Assembly: GCA_040954595.2 (NCBI GenBank)
Contig: CM082585.2
Location: forward strand, 10,404,564 to 10,468,563
Length of the DNA: 64,000 nt
From: Balanoglossus misakiensis
Taxonomy: Eukaryota; Animalia; Hemichordata
Reading direction: 5' to 3'
Made by a program: the position numbers and the translations under genes. This document shows, one piece after another, positions 13,100 to 24,778 of the stretch. The notes under the pieces were generated by a model that worked only from the letters and a program-made list of their open reading frames with translations, made no database searches and was not told the DNA's origin. Position 1 is the stretch's first letter; each line of letters starts with the position of its first letter.

Positions 13100-16000
13100 T
13101 CATTCGACGTCGTTCGTTGCCGTCTCTCTTCCGGTACTGCTACTGGTTCCCAAATTGATGAGAAAAAAGAGGTTTCCTGGATTGTTGTTGAACGCTTGGC
13201 CGTGGGTTTCTTTCTTCGGCGCTCGCTCAATAAAACCACCTCCATCTACCCTAAAGTAGTGGAATTTCTCTTCGTGCCTGTCCTGGTACCCGGCGTTTTC
13301 AATATGGTCCCTGATTTCGTAGAAACTTGTGAGTTGGTTGTAGATAGCCGTGAATCTCACGTGGTCAGCAGCGTGTGCAAGTTGTCCAACATCAGGCCAC
13401 TGTACTGGTTCTGTAAACATTGTGCTGACATCGAATCTCTGAAAGTAGGACAAAAATATTGCACGTTATTGAACTGGTGAATAATATTTATATTTTCGCG
13501 TACTTCGTGCCAAGGATGTGTCGAAAGTGGTAGATTTATTATTAAAAATTGACCTTCGTTTTTTATACTCTTTCAACGACAAATAAGTTTATATTGCCCC
13601 ATTCAATTCGAAAAACAAAATAGTAAAGTTGGAATGTTATCAACATCAGAGTTTCGCTTTCCCAGTGACAACTATTAAACTGTTTTTATCTGTCCAGATA
13701 AGGGCCGACTCACGATTATTTGATAATCCGTTGTGGAAAACAGTAACGTTAATATAACGTTTCTTTTTCTTAAAGCTTGTGGGAACAATCTTTTCATACG
13801 TCTGCATGGTGGGTGGTCACTGGGGTTGCAAAATCATTCGAAATACTTATATATTTGTTGTCAGGCGTATACTGAGTGACGTCAGTGAGTGAACGTTGGT
13901 AGGTCCACAAAGCATAGAATCATACAATCGTCGGACAAAAGATCAGCACGCTGTCAAATTTTCCCGCCACACCCACCGCACCCCGGCCAACCGGAATCTC
14001 CCCGGTGCTGATCACGTGTGTGCATGATGACGGAATTATTAGCTTATCTCATTGCCAAGGTATGCATCATGAAACTTTTGTTTATATTGGCCAATCGAAT
14101 GTGATCGTATTTGAATTATTTCGGACACCGATATTTAGGGTATTTGTTGTGGCGACAGTTGTTTTACATGCCGGAGTTTTTTTAAAAGTTTTTCCCAGCA
14201 TTGACTTTGTACGTGATGTAAATTCTACAAAGGCATAAGTGGTCCAAAGCTGGCAGAGGATGTGGAGTGTTTGCGATAACTTTGTTTTGACATTTTTTTA
14301 AATGGACGTGTAAAGGAGGACTAAGTGTTTACATTCTCAGCGCGCATGTCAGTGGTCGAATCGGGTGATTGGAAAGTACGCGAATGACTTCAGTGTGCGC
14401 TTCACACGGGGAGTCTGAGTTAGGGCGAATGCGATGAAAAGCCATGGGAATAATGAAGCGCTTGTGTTAATATTGTCACAGTCTTTATAAGTCTATTTGA
14501 TGGCGACCAAAGCTTTACACCTTTTGTGTAAAAAGTCTAAAATTTGTCAATGCCGAATGAAAAGTGGCATAAAGGCCTGTGAATGGGAGTGTCTTGTCGG
14601 GCTGAAAAGCTCTTTCGGTGGCGGACAAAACGACGACATGTCAGATGAATAAACTTTTATGTTTTCTTTGTTCTTGCGTGCACCGTGGTGATCATGAAAC
14701 CTAAATGAATTTCATTAGCATCCGGAAGAAGCGAGGTAACGGCTCGGCGTGGTTCTTCTCTTTATTAACCGCAATTAGAAAAAATGTTCAGAAAGGTATT
14801 CGGGCGACACCGCCATGACCCTAATAAATGTACATACCTCCCAGGGGTGGCAAGAGTGACACTTAATGAGGGAAAGAGCTTTTAAGATCCTAGACTCGAA
14901 TTACGGGATCGGTAACAAGGTGTTTTGATACCCCAAGCCAATCAAAAAGTTGTACAGCGTATTGAAAGCATGGAACATTTAAACAGCCATATTAAGATCA
15001 GGTTTACTTCGAGAAAGCATTCTTTTGTATTACTGGTGAAATTTATACCCGAGTTTGTTTTTCGGTCAGCGATGTTGATTTTTTTTATAAAGTTCGAAGA
15101 TTTTGTTTCCCGTTTTTCTTTGTGCGACGACCGTGAAGTTTCACCACGATGACTTCAATAATCTTAGCTGCAATATAATCAACGTATTTGAAACCGGTCA
15201 GTTTCACGGCCGCTGTCGCCATATTGGCTAAAGGTCCCTCAGTCAAATGCCAATCCATTTTGAAATGTGATGCATGGTAGTTTTGTTATGTTTTCAGAGG
15301 TGCACACGACTCAGGGTGTGGTGGATTGAGGTGGTGGTGTGTGTGTGTGTCAGAGAGAGAGATTTCTCACCTTAGCAGCTAGAGTTATGTCATGACGTTT
15401 GCCGTTATCCTCAGCGTTTAGTGGCCAGCTAGTCAGTACATAAATGCTACTATTGTCTCTGTTGAGTCGCTCCCCGGGGATGGCCAGCAGGATATTCTGA
15501 GACATCGGATGGTACACGTCGTCTGTGTTCTGTGGTAGTTGATAGATCTGAAAGATTGCTGTAGAGAAAGAAAGAACGTTGAGATTGTTTGAATGATGAT
15601 GTTAATTTAGCTTATTGAAGTTGCCCGAAACAAATATGGCCATTAGCGATGTATCGCACTGCCGCGGTAATTTGCTTTAATCGTATAGGCAAATTGAATA
15701 TTTTAATTATGGTTGATTTAAGTTCTGTTGACAATTTCGCGGAGAGTAAAAAGTCAAACTGTAACCTGTTCTACAAGGTGGTTGCTTGTCTTAACTCGCC
15801 ATTGTTGATTCAGGTGTGCAAATTCCTCGACGGCAACCCAATATCCAAGAATTGTTCACGTGAAGGAGGAAAGGGCGTCAGGGAGTTTATAAAAGGAACT
15901 TAATAGGTTTTTGAAGTGGGAAAGGTTAGGCAAGCACGTGTGACGATACTTCTCGCATGGAATGCGCGCCCACTGAAGTGCGCGTAATGTTGAAAATGTG

Positions 16001-19000
16001 TTGGAAATATTTCACGAGGTGGTCGTCTGGAGTGAAGCATTGCGGAACTTTGTCCCGATGCACGTTTTGATCGGCAACTGTATTGTACGAGCGAAACTAC
16101 GTGCAGAAATGTGATTGAATCCTGATCAAACATTCAGTAAATTATTAAATGTACCGCCCACAATCGAGCAGTTCTTTTTGTAGATTCATTCGGAGTTCAA
16201 AGAAATTAATTTGTGGCTGTTTGGGAAAACTTCTCTGCAAGTCGGCTGGGTAATTGTGTAGTGCCAGTTTGGAGACAGAAACGGAGGAAATGCAGAGTGG
16301 GGTTTTGATTGAAAGTGTATTTAGTTTGTTCTGTGCGCAGAATGAAAGGCAATGAGGCATGGGACTATAAGGACATAGTGGCGGCATAAACAGAAGACCC
16401 GGCGTTTCCTCAATGGTCGCGCTATTGCATCTGCACAAGAAGTTCAATTTACAAACACTCCATCGACGAGTGTTGAGTGATGGACGGGGCAAAATATAAA
16501 ACGGAGGCAGTGCGCTCCAGTTTCCACCCACTAGCTCGCCAGTCTAGTAGTTCAGGTATCTGCCAAGTCTTTACCTTGCAACGTTACAGAGAAAATAACT
16601 GATTTGACAGACGACAATCTTTCAAATTCAAAACCGCCGGTCTTTGGTATAAGGCAGATTCTCGCGTCTATACCACTATCATTTAATTACGCGCACGCGG
16701 TATGACGCGTCTCCGTTGACCATCCACAAGTGGGTCAACGTGTCGGGGAACTCTATAAATTATCGTGGCTCTTTCCTTTACCCAACGATTAACCGTTTCC
16801 TACGTGATGATGGTCAATAGTGAGTTGACCCCGGCAAGACAATGCAATTCTGATCCTAAAATCGGACATGACTCAAGTATCCGTTTGCTTAGCAAACCAC
16901 CGCACGACCAAGAGTATCCGGTCGTAGATTTTTAGCCGAAGGCTTGACTCATTTGTGGGTTTCCCAGCCTAAATATCAGATGGGTTTTCTCACCCCTGCT
17001 AAATACATAATAGACTTCGCAAAAAAGGTTTGTTTGTAGGTCTGTATCCTGTCACGGTGAAAACAAACAGGGTACTGGCGATGTATAAGATCCCAGTTAC
17101 CGAATATCTTTGGCCCGACACAAGTCGAATAGGTTATGTACATATACATTACAGTAACACCTATCATAGAAAAAAGCCTTTGTTAGAAACCACATGAGCG
17201 TAAAAGTTGAACCGCTTCGCTCGAGGGAGTTGGTAGTAAGACAGACGGAACGCCGTTTGAGATGTGACGGTCGAATATTTCGAGAAAGTTTTTAAAAGTT
17301 GGCCAGACTGGGCAATGTAGCGCGGGAGGACAGAACACTGGTGTTACTGTTGTTGTACTAAAGGTCGTGTGAATTTTTCTCTTGTTGTAGCTAATCTTTA
17401 AGTATGCACTGTAATGAAGCACTTGAAAGGGTAATTGCCTTTGGTTTTGAAGAAAAAGTCAATTTTATGATCGGTCACAGACTACCTTGTCTATGTTATT
17501 TTTGTTTTCTTTTCATTAATGTCATAATGTCCAAGTCAATGCAAGTCATAAAATACACAATTCTTCGTGATGAATGCGGAAATAGCATCCTTGTGCCAAG
17601 ACAACCGATATCGTCCGCGTTGGGTTTTTTTCGGGGAGGGGGTACTATTTCATTTGGTCAGGTGGAAGAACACAATACCGTACGAGAGCAGTGAATAGTT
17701 TTGCTGCCATGGTATCCAAGTCGCGCGGGCGGAATTGTACTAAAATTTATCGCCGCTTTGATTGCGATTTGCCGACTATTTCGTCGCAAATGCGTACTTT
17801 GTTGGTGGTCCCTGTTTTTACAGTGTCACCGAACCGAGTTCCAAATCCAAGTTTCATTTTACGTCACCGAAAAGACATTTCCTTATTACCACCGGCAAAT
17901 TTAAAACGACAAGGGCAAATACCCCTCTCTTTATCGCATGTTCCCGTCGAGTATGCACTTAATGCTATTGTGACGGTTTGAATACAACAAGGCCGGTGTT
18001 AAGTGAGAATCGGCGGGCACTAATGACAACGTATTCTTGTCAAGAATGAGAAAAGAAACTGTCAGGGAACAGTTCATGAGACTTACTGTTGTCTTTTCCC
18101 ATCTTGCCTCTGGCGTCCACTTTGAAGACGCTATGTCTGCCGTCTTCGTCTTTATCCAACGGTGTGTCGGTGACTCGCAAGTATCCATCCTTCCTTCGGC
18201 TTAATAGTGACCAAATCTGCACCTGGCTTCCAGTGTCGGGCCAATTAATCTGTAGAAGTTGAATCAAAAATAGGGAAATAGTAAAAAAAATTCTGCAAAG
18301 ATAAGCTTTGTAGAGCTTCATTTGTGAACGCAAAATTCGCCCGAAAAGTAAAGTTTATTTATAAATATCCACTTTATCGAGTTAGCCGTGTCGAGTTATC
18401 ATAAATGCTCACGATAATGTTTTAAACCGTGATTCAATAAGGATTCATTAACGATACAGACGTCACAAGTAAATTTGATAAATGCGAAGTGCGTTTCTCG
18501 GACTATAGTTTGACCGGTCCACACACAAAAATAGTGTTGAGAGTAGCTTTACTGGTGTGGGGCTATGCGATGTGAAATAATGGATTAGGCCTAACGAGAA
18601 AAAAAAATCAAGAGTTAAAGCGTGCTATGATCACAAAAAAGGAGCGAAAATAAAGTTAAGGAGATAAAATACCGTGTGCGTCGGAGCACCATTGGAGAAA
18701 TGTAATGCCGTGTTAAAGTAGAAACACACGAGTATCTGGAACCAGTGCATGTTGTTGTCAGACCCTGAGATTCGAATGGCTGCTTAACTCTTAAACCCTC
18801 TAACATGTGGCTGGCCGACTTCCTTTGGTATTGCTGCCATATGGGAGAAACGTACACGTCGATCCAGTGGCCTGGGTTTTAACACAGGGAGGCAGCCGGG
18901 GGGGGGGGAGGGGGTTGATATGGCCGACTGACAGATATAGCTGTGATGTGATAACCAACAATGCATTGGGTTCAACTATTCAATGTTTGCTCAGTGGTTT

Positions 19001-20057
19001 TCGATATGTCAATATCCACATCCTGACCAGAGAATTCGAAACTAAAGTGTTCATTTCTGGCATCGTTGACTAATTGATTACCGGGCCTTGGCTGTCCGTT
19101 ACATTTTTTGTTTCTTTCAAAAAGCGCATTGTGAAGTTTACAAGTGTCAGCATGGAAACCAACATTTCTGCCTATCATCATAGAGCGATGACACATCGGC
19201 TGCCCTTGGCAACCCGCGTATGCCAAGCGACGCCGTGACATCGTGCTGAAGCAGAATTGTTTGATTCCAAACAGACCGAACGTGACTTCAACGGCTCGCC
19301 GACTGTATCATTTTCCCCACTCCTTCCCCGAGACACGCTTGATCTCCCGCCAAGGACAAAGGTGACAGGCACAATGTGTTTCTTGCCCAAATAAGTGAAG
19401 TTCAAGGGAGCCGAATCGTTTTGATTGATGGATTTTGGACCAAGCCGGAGTTTCGATATTTATAGGCTTAAAGAATTGATTCACTTTCCACGCCTATAAA
19501 TGCTATTAATGGCTACCAAAGAAATGAAATGCGACACTTTTACATTTGAATTACGGCTCTCCTGTGTCGCTTCGCTTGAAATTCTCGTAAAACTGATTTA
19601 GCAAGGTGAGCTTTAGTTTTTACGAAATTTTAACTACATTGGTGAGTGTGCAGTACCGCCGTTTACAAAAACCTGCGCATTACATGCTGAATTCTTGATC
19701 TTTTTCCTAACAAATTATTTCGAAACTCGAATTTCGATGTTAATGTGGCATTGGGCCTTTTCTTATGATGTAGGCCTGTATAATCGCCATGTCGGATCTT
19801 ATGACATACCCTTACAAGATGATGACACCGCATCGGAAAGTTGGAAGAAATTGATCGCTTACCGCTGATCTGGTCTGACCAAGTCTTGATCTGTCTGTAG
19901 CCGTCATGCAACCAGCTCCGAATTCGGCCGCCTCTAAGCCGTTTTGACCCGCGCACAGAGGCGCGGCTCGGAGCGCGGGGATGATGAGGACGAGAGAGAA
20001 CAGAAGGCAGAAAGACGAGTGAAGAAAGCCCGCCATAATAATTTGTGAGGTGTCCAT
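13100..20057 (-). CDS. Secreted beta-trefoil (IL-1/FGF-like) protein, paralogue 1, ~294 aa, 4 coding exons
   Basis: Exons 20057-19863, 18249-18087, 15558-15371 and 13438-13100 have canonical GT-AG sites and compatible phases (0,1,0) and give one open frame. N-terminal hydrophobic signal peptide MAGFLHSSFCLLFSLVLIIPALRA. Core: INWPDTGSQVQIWSLLSRRKDGYLRV...VDARG...|TIFQIYQLP...QNILLAIP...IYVLTSW...TLAAK|...HVRFTAIYNQLTSFYEIRD...FHYFRVDGGGFIER...NLFFLI. Exon-for-exon homology with paralogue 2. The gene model is well supported; the family call is inference. Confidence 0.75.
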
Positions 20058-20225
20058 CACTGGAATATGAGAGGAATTCGGAGCAAAAAACTTCTGGAGA
20101 GGGTGACCCGAAGCACTTGTTGAATGGTCTGTGAACGCGAAGGGTCTGTGTATACTGTGAGGTGTGTCCCGGTTCGTGTGAAAGGCACAAGGTCTGAATG
20201 CTAAATTACCGACACACTGACCGCC

Positions 20226-20238
20226 TTTATATACCAAT
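20226..20238 (-). promoter_or_regulatory. TATA box (TATATAAA) with adjacent CCAAT, promoter of paralogue 1
   Basis: Minus strand reads cgattggTATATAAAggcgg, about 170 bp upstream of the ATG at 20057. Confidence 0.6.
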
Positions 20239-22137
20239 CGCCGGCGATCAACACAAATTTTCAACACCCCTAGTGAATGAAAACATCGCGCAAAGTTACG
20301 TGTTTTCCAAATACGGCAGCTGATGTAATTTATCCCACGTGATTTCTAAGGCGGTTTTGATAAACTGGTTTTCGCGCAGGAAGGAAGATTGGAATACCCG
20401 AGTGACACATCGGAGGCTTGGAATGAATTGCTTTTGTTTATTACGAATTCCGGTGGTTGTAAACGAGGGACGGTCTCGTCATTGTCGTTAGCTTTGACAG
20501 CTCCCCAGTAATGAGGCGGTTGTAACCTTGAGAAGCGGAAGATGAATTATTAAGCATACACGTGGGGTTTATTTGAGACATGTCTTCGTGAGGCTAGATT
20601 CGACGTGAAAGTGTAGGCAGGTTTATTTTGTGAGCTTACGCTTGTAGCCGGCCGAAGCATGAGACGCGCCGGCACGTATTAAAGTCTCAACATGGTCTCA
20701 AATCATCGGTCGGAAGTGGTTAGCGGAACTCGGCCGTTCCAGGAAGATTGGCTAATAATATTGAAGTTATGACAACAAAGGAAATATAGGAGCGTTATCT
20801 AGCAACGGTGGGTTGGGTTGGAACCACATTGAATTTGGACGGAAAAGGCTTATTCATCGCACACGTGGTTACTGTTTTCAGTGGTGCGCATGTCGCTCTT
20901 GTAGTGCTTGTTCAAAGGCGCACTTTCATTCGCTCTTCTCACATATGATGTACCATACTGTTTGGGTCTGAATCGTCCTAAAATACCCGTAATCATTACA
21001 AATTGAGATGAACTGATTCAATTTCTCCGAACTTCACAGGCAACGTTGACAAGTCGTGCCGAACACCGCATTGCATCGGTGCATGCGCTTACGTTGATTG
21101 ATGGCGCTCTAATTATGCCGATTGCCCGGAAGCGACCTGTGCGCGTGCGCGGGATACAATGCGGGGCGGAAGTTATGAAAAAACGTTGTCGGTTGCGATC
21201 AAAGCGTTTCGGGAGTCACAGACTATTATATCTTTTGGTGGTTATTAACACCAAAACATCCCGCTTTGACTTGAAGTAATGAAATACGACATCGCCAGGG
21301 TCAATGTCTTCTCCTTTGTTTTCCCGTCAAAAAGTGGGAATTCAGCTTTTCATACATCCCCGTGGAGCTAATATGCCATAATTCACTTAAATTTACCAAA
21401 AAATATTAAATACATATACAAAACTCAAATTCAGCTGCAAAAGCGGACTTCAGTCACGGCCCACACATTTAATGTCATTGTAAAATTTGTCGCCATTACT
21501 GTAAATTCCGATACCCATTTTATGTCGGCTGCACCGATAATAACTGTTCGATGACAATCCCTTAAATTGTGACACTTTGCTGTTTATGAACAATAAAAGA
21601 CCGCCACACACATGCAAGCAAGTGGGTCTAAACATTTACTGACTTCGCACAGTCTGAATATAGGTCTATGTATCTTTTGTCAAAAAGTCGGCGGCCGGAT
21701 TTCGATTTTTTAGGTCATTCTGAAACACAAGGCAAGTTTTGCTTTGTTTCGCAAAGAAATTCCAGCTTTCGATATTTCCACAAATCGTGATTTCCCACCA
21801 CCATAAATGTTGGTTTCTTGCATGGCGTCCGAAAAAATGTGTCGCGCCTGATGGGGGCGCACTTTATGAAAACACGGAAAAGCGTCCAGATAAAAGGCAA
21901 TTAGTCATTATTTTATGAGGAGTGACAGAAAAATTTCAGGAAACGATCAAGGTGCCCTTCCTAAAAATACTCGAATTACGTCATTGAGAAGAAGTGGGCG
22001 TGTAAGCAACAATGCGGTAACCATAGTGAGGACCACAGTACTGGTGATGACGTAACGATGCTCAGTACCCCATGTATCAAAGAAATATTTCAAAATTTCC
22101 GTGTTCTAAAAATAGGCTTTTGTCTTTTACTTTATAG

Positions 22138-22794
22138 CGATGAACTTGTAGAGTCCGCCTTGCCGAGAAATAAACACTGGAGTGGCCACGTTTCCGTTGC
22201 CTTCATAATATTAGTTGACATCATAATGGTTTTTGTAAAGATCCTCGCTCCTGAACTCGAAACTCGCCGTGGAAAGTTCGGCCCGTGGTGTCGGATTTGT
22301 TGACAACGATATCTACGAAAGTAGCGATGCTATGCTCTGGAAGCCAGCGATCAGGTTTACCGACAACATTATATATGAACCGACCATCACCACTGGCCCG
22401 ACAGAAAAAGGGGATCGTTCAAACGAGGGCGCCGGTTTCGTGGACAACATCATCTACGATCACGGACAGGTCCCGGACAAAGAGTCCAGCTCGGGGTTCC
22501 CGGGAAATGATCTCTACGAACCGATGAAGATTGAGAACCCTGGCGTGCGTACAAGAGACGAGTGAGAATGACGTGCACTATTACACGCTCGAAGAAGTCG
22601 AAAATGAAAACGGTACCCAAGACAGCGTGAGTGTGAGGCGACAGCATAAAAAAACCACGTCGCCGTTCCCTACATCTGATTTTAATCAGATTGTCCTTGA
22701 TGGTGACCAGCTGAAGATCTTCAGAATGAAGAGCGCCCACATACGCACACAGACTGGACCAAAGCCATCCCAAGAGTCAACGCCACAGGGATGA
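22138..22794 (+). pseudogene. Frameshifted remnant of a single-pass receptor C-terminus with repeated tyrosine motifs
   Basis: Acceptor tttatag at 22137 is followed by a TM-like VSVAFIILVDIIMVFVKI. A second frame gives GFVDNDIYE, RFTDNIIYE, GFVDNIIYD and GFPGNDLYE; a third gives ENDVHYYTLEE. AATAAA at 23031-23036. No upstream exons were identified. Confidence 0.5.
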
Positions 22795-23196
22795 AGCAAA
22801 TCATGAAGATGGTGACGTCTGAGATTTATCGACTGATGACTGTAATGCAACACAACCTACTACCCGTGGAATAGGAATAATAATTTATTTGTTTACCCAT
22901 AGTAGTTACACATATACAAATACATTTAGTGTTACAGTGGTACAATATACCTGTCATTATCAATATATGCAAGAATTTTCTTGATTTCAGTGATTGTAGG
23001 TTTTGCCGTTTTTGGCTCTGTTATGTTTCAAATAAAATCACACACAGAAAGTTTTCGCACTGTCTTCTGTTAAGTTATATTTACCAGCAATGGTCACGTC
23101 TTATTTAACAACTACATTTGTGTGTACATCACGTACTTGCAACCTTGGGTCAACTACACTCGGTCCGCCCTCTTGTAAAGCTGGCAGCGGAAATAC

Positions 23197-24537
23197 TCAA
23201 AACGCCATCTCGAACAGACGATTCTCATGTACCTCGAAACTTGAAAAGAAAACCTTATTTTTGTCTCTTGGCCTATTTGGTATGTCGTCAGGTTCATTGT
23301 CCGTGCTGATGGCGATCCTCATACCCGGACGTATGTACCGCTCGTCCTGATCTTGGTGTTTTCCGAGGCGCCTGACAGTTCCGTCGCCGTGCACGTCCCA
23401 ATAACGGTGCCTGTCCTCCTTTCTTGACACGTTACCTTCGTTGATGACGTAGTCTCTGACGAGGAACGATGCCTCGTTTGACAGCGGCAAGAGTTTGAAC
23501 GATGCGACGTGCAGTGCAACGTCGATTTGAGGTACTCCATCGGAATTTCTAAATTTCTGAGAGAAATAAGGATTTTTTAAAGATAAAGTCAAGTCAAAGT
23601 AAACATATAAATTTGTCGTCGCATAACAAGAGAAACAGTACTTAATAATAATCGACAGAAAGGTTGATTTGAGGGTCTGCGGTTGTACATACCATAGCTG
23701 CAATGGTCCTTTCTTCTTCGATATTTTTCCCGAATCTCCTGCTTGTCTGGTTTGCCTCTGGCCACGATACCAATATATAAATGTATTCACTTTCTGCAGT
23801 TACTGTAGTGTTATTTTCATGTAGTCCGGACAATCTGTTACTGGGCATTCCGAGAAGAATCTTCTGACCGTCTGGTCCCTCTGTATCTTGGAGGGCATAT
23901 AATCTGAAGAATGCTGAAAAACATGACATTTCCTTGACTGTTGAATTCTCATATGAAGTTATATGGACGTGGAAATGAAGTTTTCGGATTTAATTAGTAC
24001 AAAGCAATTAATGACAAGACACTTTTAAATCGGACTCGCACTTCTCGAGATATCGTTGATACATTTGTGCGCTCTGTCTCTTGGATACTAAATCAAATAG
24101 CTCTCTCATTACAACAGCACATGTCTTACTTGATTGATCATCCTCTCTGCCACCAAAATCGACGCCATAGACACGGGGGTCGCCACCTCTGCTCTCCAAA
24201 ACATTGGATTGATTCAGTCGAAGGTATTTATCACCCTTGTTGCTGGCCATAGACCACAGTTGAACCTTGCTGCCGTCGTTGGGATAGTTCACGCCCCTTG
24301 GTGCCATTATCTGAAATAATTAATCGCCATCATCATCATCACCACCAACACCACAATCATCATTTTCATTTCGTCAGTATGTTGATGGTAGTCAAGTTAA
24401 AGTATGTGCATAAGGACTTGAATAATACCCACCTTCGCGTTTGTGTTCAATTCAAACTTTTCAGTTACATCAACAATCTTCAACTCAGAACTTTCAGTAG
24501 GTCTGCAGGTAACACGCGGCATTGGTGTATTTTCCAT
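23197..24537 (-). CDS. Leaderless beta-trefoil (IL-1/FGF-like) protein, paralogue 2, ~288 aa, 4 coding exons
   Basis: Exons 24537-24433 (MENTPMPRVTCRPTESSELKIVDVTEKFELNTNAK, no signal peptide), 24310-24130 (VNYPNDGSKVQLWSMASNKGDKYLRL...VDFGG), 23913-23693 (TFFRLYALQDTEGPDGQKILLGMP...IYILVSW...TIAAM) and 23556-23197 (HVASFKLLPLSNEASFLVRD...RYWDVHGDGTVRR...NKVFF). All introns are GT-AG with the same phases (0,1,0) as paralogue 1. Minus-strand AATAAA at 22884-22889. Confidence 0.75.
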
Positions 24538-24628
24538 CTTGTACTGTGGAGAATGCGCGAACGCTGTTTAAGTAGTATTGCAAGTTCCTTAAGTTCTTTG
24601 AAACGCCACAATTGCATGCTTCACCCAA

Positions 24629-24778
24629 GGAAAATCCCTCCTAGTTATTTTTAATCGCGGATGTGCCCTTTCCGGGGTCTATTGGCCTGCGCAGAACACC
24701 CACGCAGAGTGTATTGAAAGCCTGCATGGTTGGGTGGGTTCATAGAAACTCTATGACGTCAGAGTCATGAGTTTTTCC
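24629..24778 (-). promoter_or_regulatory. NF-kB site plus CRE upstream of paralogue 2
   Basis: GGGATTTTCC (minus strand, 24629-24638) fits the GGGRNWYYCC consensus, about 90 bp upstream of the ATG. Palindromic TGACGTCA at 24754-24761; kB-like GGAAAAACTC at 24769-24778. Confidence 0.45.

Noticed and set aside
13714-13801. Candidate middle exon for paralogue 1
   Set aside because: Wrong phase and no homology to paralogue 2; exon 15558-15371 fits both criteria.
13100-24537. Naming the two genes as canonical FGFs (e.g. FGF8/17/18) or as IL-1
   Set aside because: The FGF cysteine motifs and ~104-nt middle exon are missing, and the F-x-S-x-x-x-P IL-1 signature is not matched, so no gene symbol is justified.
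24298-24654. Plus-strand His-rich ORF
   Set aside because: A short (CAT/CAC)n tract in intron 1 of paralogue 2, read antisense.
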